DNA of 64,000 nt, from contig CAXHJY010000279.1 in the NCBI GenBank assembly GCA_964016885.1, forward strand, positions 124,001 to 188,000. Direction: 5' to 3'. Below the pieces are notes generated by a model that was not told the origin of the DNA, made no database searches, and was given only the letters and a program-made list of their open reading frames with translations. A program made the position numbers and the translations under genes. Shown here in pieces: positions 62,986-64,000 of this stretch. This DNA comes from Eledone cirrhosa (lineage: Eukaryota). Each line of letters begins with the position of its first letter. The stretch's first letter is position 1.

Positions 62986-63603
62986 AAGCCCATGATTAAA
63001 CAAACCCTAAAGATGAGAGACATTCCAGCTATGACCATCCTGTCTTGTATTCCACAAGGACACACTTTATCCAAAGTGTCCTTTTTTTAAATAACAGTGT
63101 ATGCATCATTTGAATACGATTTGGTTGCTATCTCTTGCAATACCTCCACAAGGACACATTATCCAATGAGTCCTTTTAAATAACAGAATGTGTGTCATTT
63201 GTGCAATATTTGGCTGCTATCTCTAACAATACATCCACAAGGACACATTATCTAAAGTGTACTTCTGTTAAATAACAGTCTATGCATCATTTGAACAAGA
63301 TTTAGCTGCTATTTCTAACAATCCTTCCACAAGGAGACATTCTCCAATGCGTCCTTCTTTTAAATAACAATTTGGCTGCTCTCTCTAGCAATACCTTTAT
63401 AAGGACACAGTATCGAATGTGTCCTTCTTTTAAATAACAGATTGTGTTTCATTTGAGCAACATTTGGCTGCTCTTTCTAGCAATACCTTTACAAGGACAT
63501 TATCCAATGTGTGCGTGTATCTTCTTTTGAATAACTGTGTATCATTTAAAGAAGATTTGGCTGCTATTTTTAGCAGATAGCATAACCATGTAGAAATTCC
63601 CCC
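62981..63603 (-). mobile_element. Probable short retroposon (SINE-like) on the minus strand, with an internally amplified ~92-bp segment and an (AAC)n-type tail
   Basis: Non-repetitive sequence at 62986-63050 directly abuts the (GTT)n array, which reads as an AAC-rich 3' tail on the minus strand. A short unique cap lies at 63575-63603. The motifs CATTCCAGCTATGACCATCCTGTCTT and TTTGGCTGCTATTT..TAGCAG resemble, from memory, a common Octopus interspersed repeat. I could not identify Pol III boxes or a target-site duplication. Confidence 0.45.
63047..63575. repeat. ~92-bp tandem repeat, ~5.8 diverged copies, each with a 26-bp palindrome
   Basis: Units anchored at T(C/T)(C/T)A(C/T)AAGGA start at 63051, 63145, 63234, 63326, 63396 and 63488 (spacings 94, 89, 92, 70, 92). 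Shared motifs are AAGGACACATTATCCAATGTGTCCTT, TTTAAATAACAG and ATTTGGCTGCTATCTCTAGCAATAC. Confidence 0.93.
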
Positions 63604-63605
63604 AT

Positions 63606-64000
63606 TTTGTTGTTGTCATTTTTGTTGTTGTTCTTTTTAGTTGTATTTTTGTTTATTTTTGCTGCTATTTTTGTGCTTTGATGATGGTGATGGTGGTGAT
63701 GATGGTGGTGATGATGGTGACGATGGTGATAGTGGTGGTAATGATGATGATAGTGGTGATGATGATGATGGTGGTGAGTGGTGGTAATGATGATGATGGT
63801 AGTGATGATGGTGGTGGTGGTGGTGGTGGTGGTGACAATGATAATACTGATGATGATGGTGATGATCAACTTGGTGGTAGTAGTAGTAGTGGTTGTAGTG
63901 ATGGCAGCGGTGGTGGTGGTGGTAGTGGTTGTTGTGGTGGTAGTTGCAGTGGTTGCTGTGGTTGTGGTGGTAATAGTGGTGGTTGTAGTGGTGGTTGGTT
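63606..64000. repeat. Degenerate (TTG)n followed by a compound (GAT)n/(GGT)n/(AGT)n triplet microsatellite, running off the right edge
   Basis: Directly visible. It gives the poly-H/poly-T pseudo-ORF 63570-63869. Confidence 0.95.

Noticed and set aside
61357-63090. 577-aa V/I-rich, 525-aa N-rich and 496-aa poly-L ORFs
   Set aside because: They are three readings of one triplet array, with no credible non-repetitive protein sequence.
63056-63432. Rho-independent terminators (hairpin plus T-run)
   Set aside because: There is no prokaryotic gene context; the hairpins are parts of a tandem repeat in animal-like DNA.
63047-63575. CRISPR-like array (palindromic repeats separated by ~45-65 nt)
   Set aside because: The intervening segments are homologous to each other rather than unique spacers, the repeats are diverged, there are no cas genes and the context is eukaryotic.
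63570-63869. Poly-His/poly-Thr ORF
   Set aside because: It is the translation of a (GAT/GGT)n microsatellite.

Overview
This is a eukaryotic (animal-like) repeat-only window, and I find no credible protein-coding gene, RNA gene or CRISPR array. Bases 1-~56,487 are one tandem satellite of a 20-bp monomer (consensus GGTTGTGTGAATGAAGGAGT, roughly 2,800 copies, continuing off the left edge) with nested duplications of ~40 bp up to ~4.9 kb and a block repeated ~22 kb away. The monomer is five GNNT/GNNG tetramers and grades at its right edge into a degenerate (GAAT)n-type zone that keeps 20/60-bp periodicity. Next come a small second 20-bp repeat and ~4 kb of (TA)n/(CA)n microsatellite holding a 116-bp TA-flanked Tc1/mariner-type MITE. 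The window ends with a 1.55-kb patterned GTT/ATT triplet array, a ~92-bp palindrome-bearing tandem repeat (probably inside a minus-strand retroposon) and a GAT/GGT triplet tract. All ORFs in the supplied track are explained by stop-free low-complexity repeats. The repeat style and two interspersed fragments remind me of Octopus genomic DNA, but that is unverified recollection. No new biological system is demonstrated; the best leads concern satellite birth and growth and the palindromic 92-bp repeat. Coordinates and offsets were counted by eye and may be off by a few bases.
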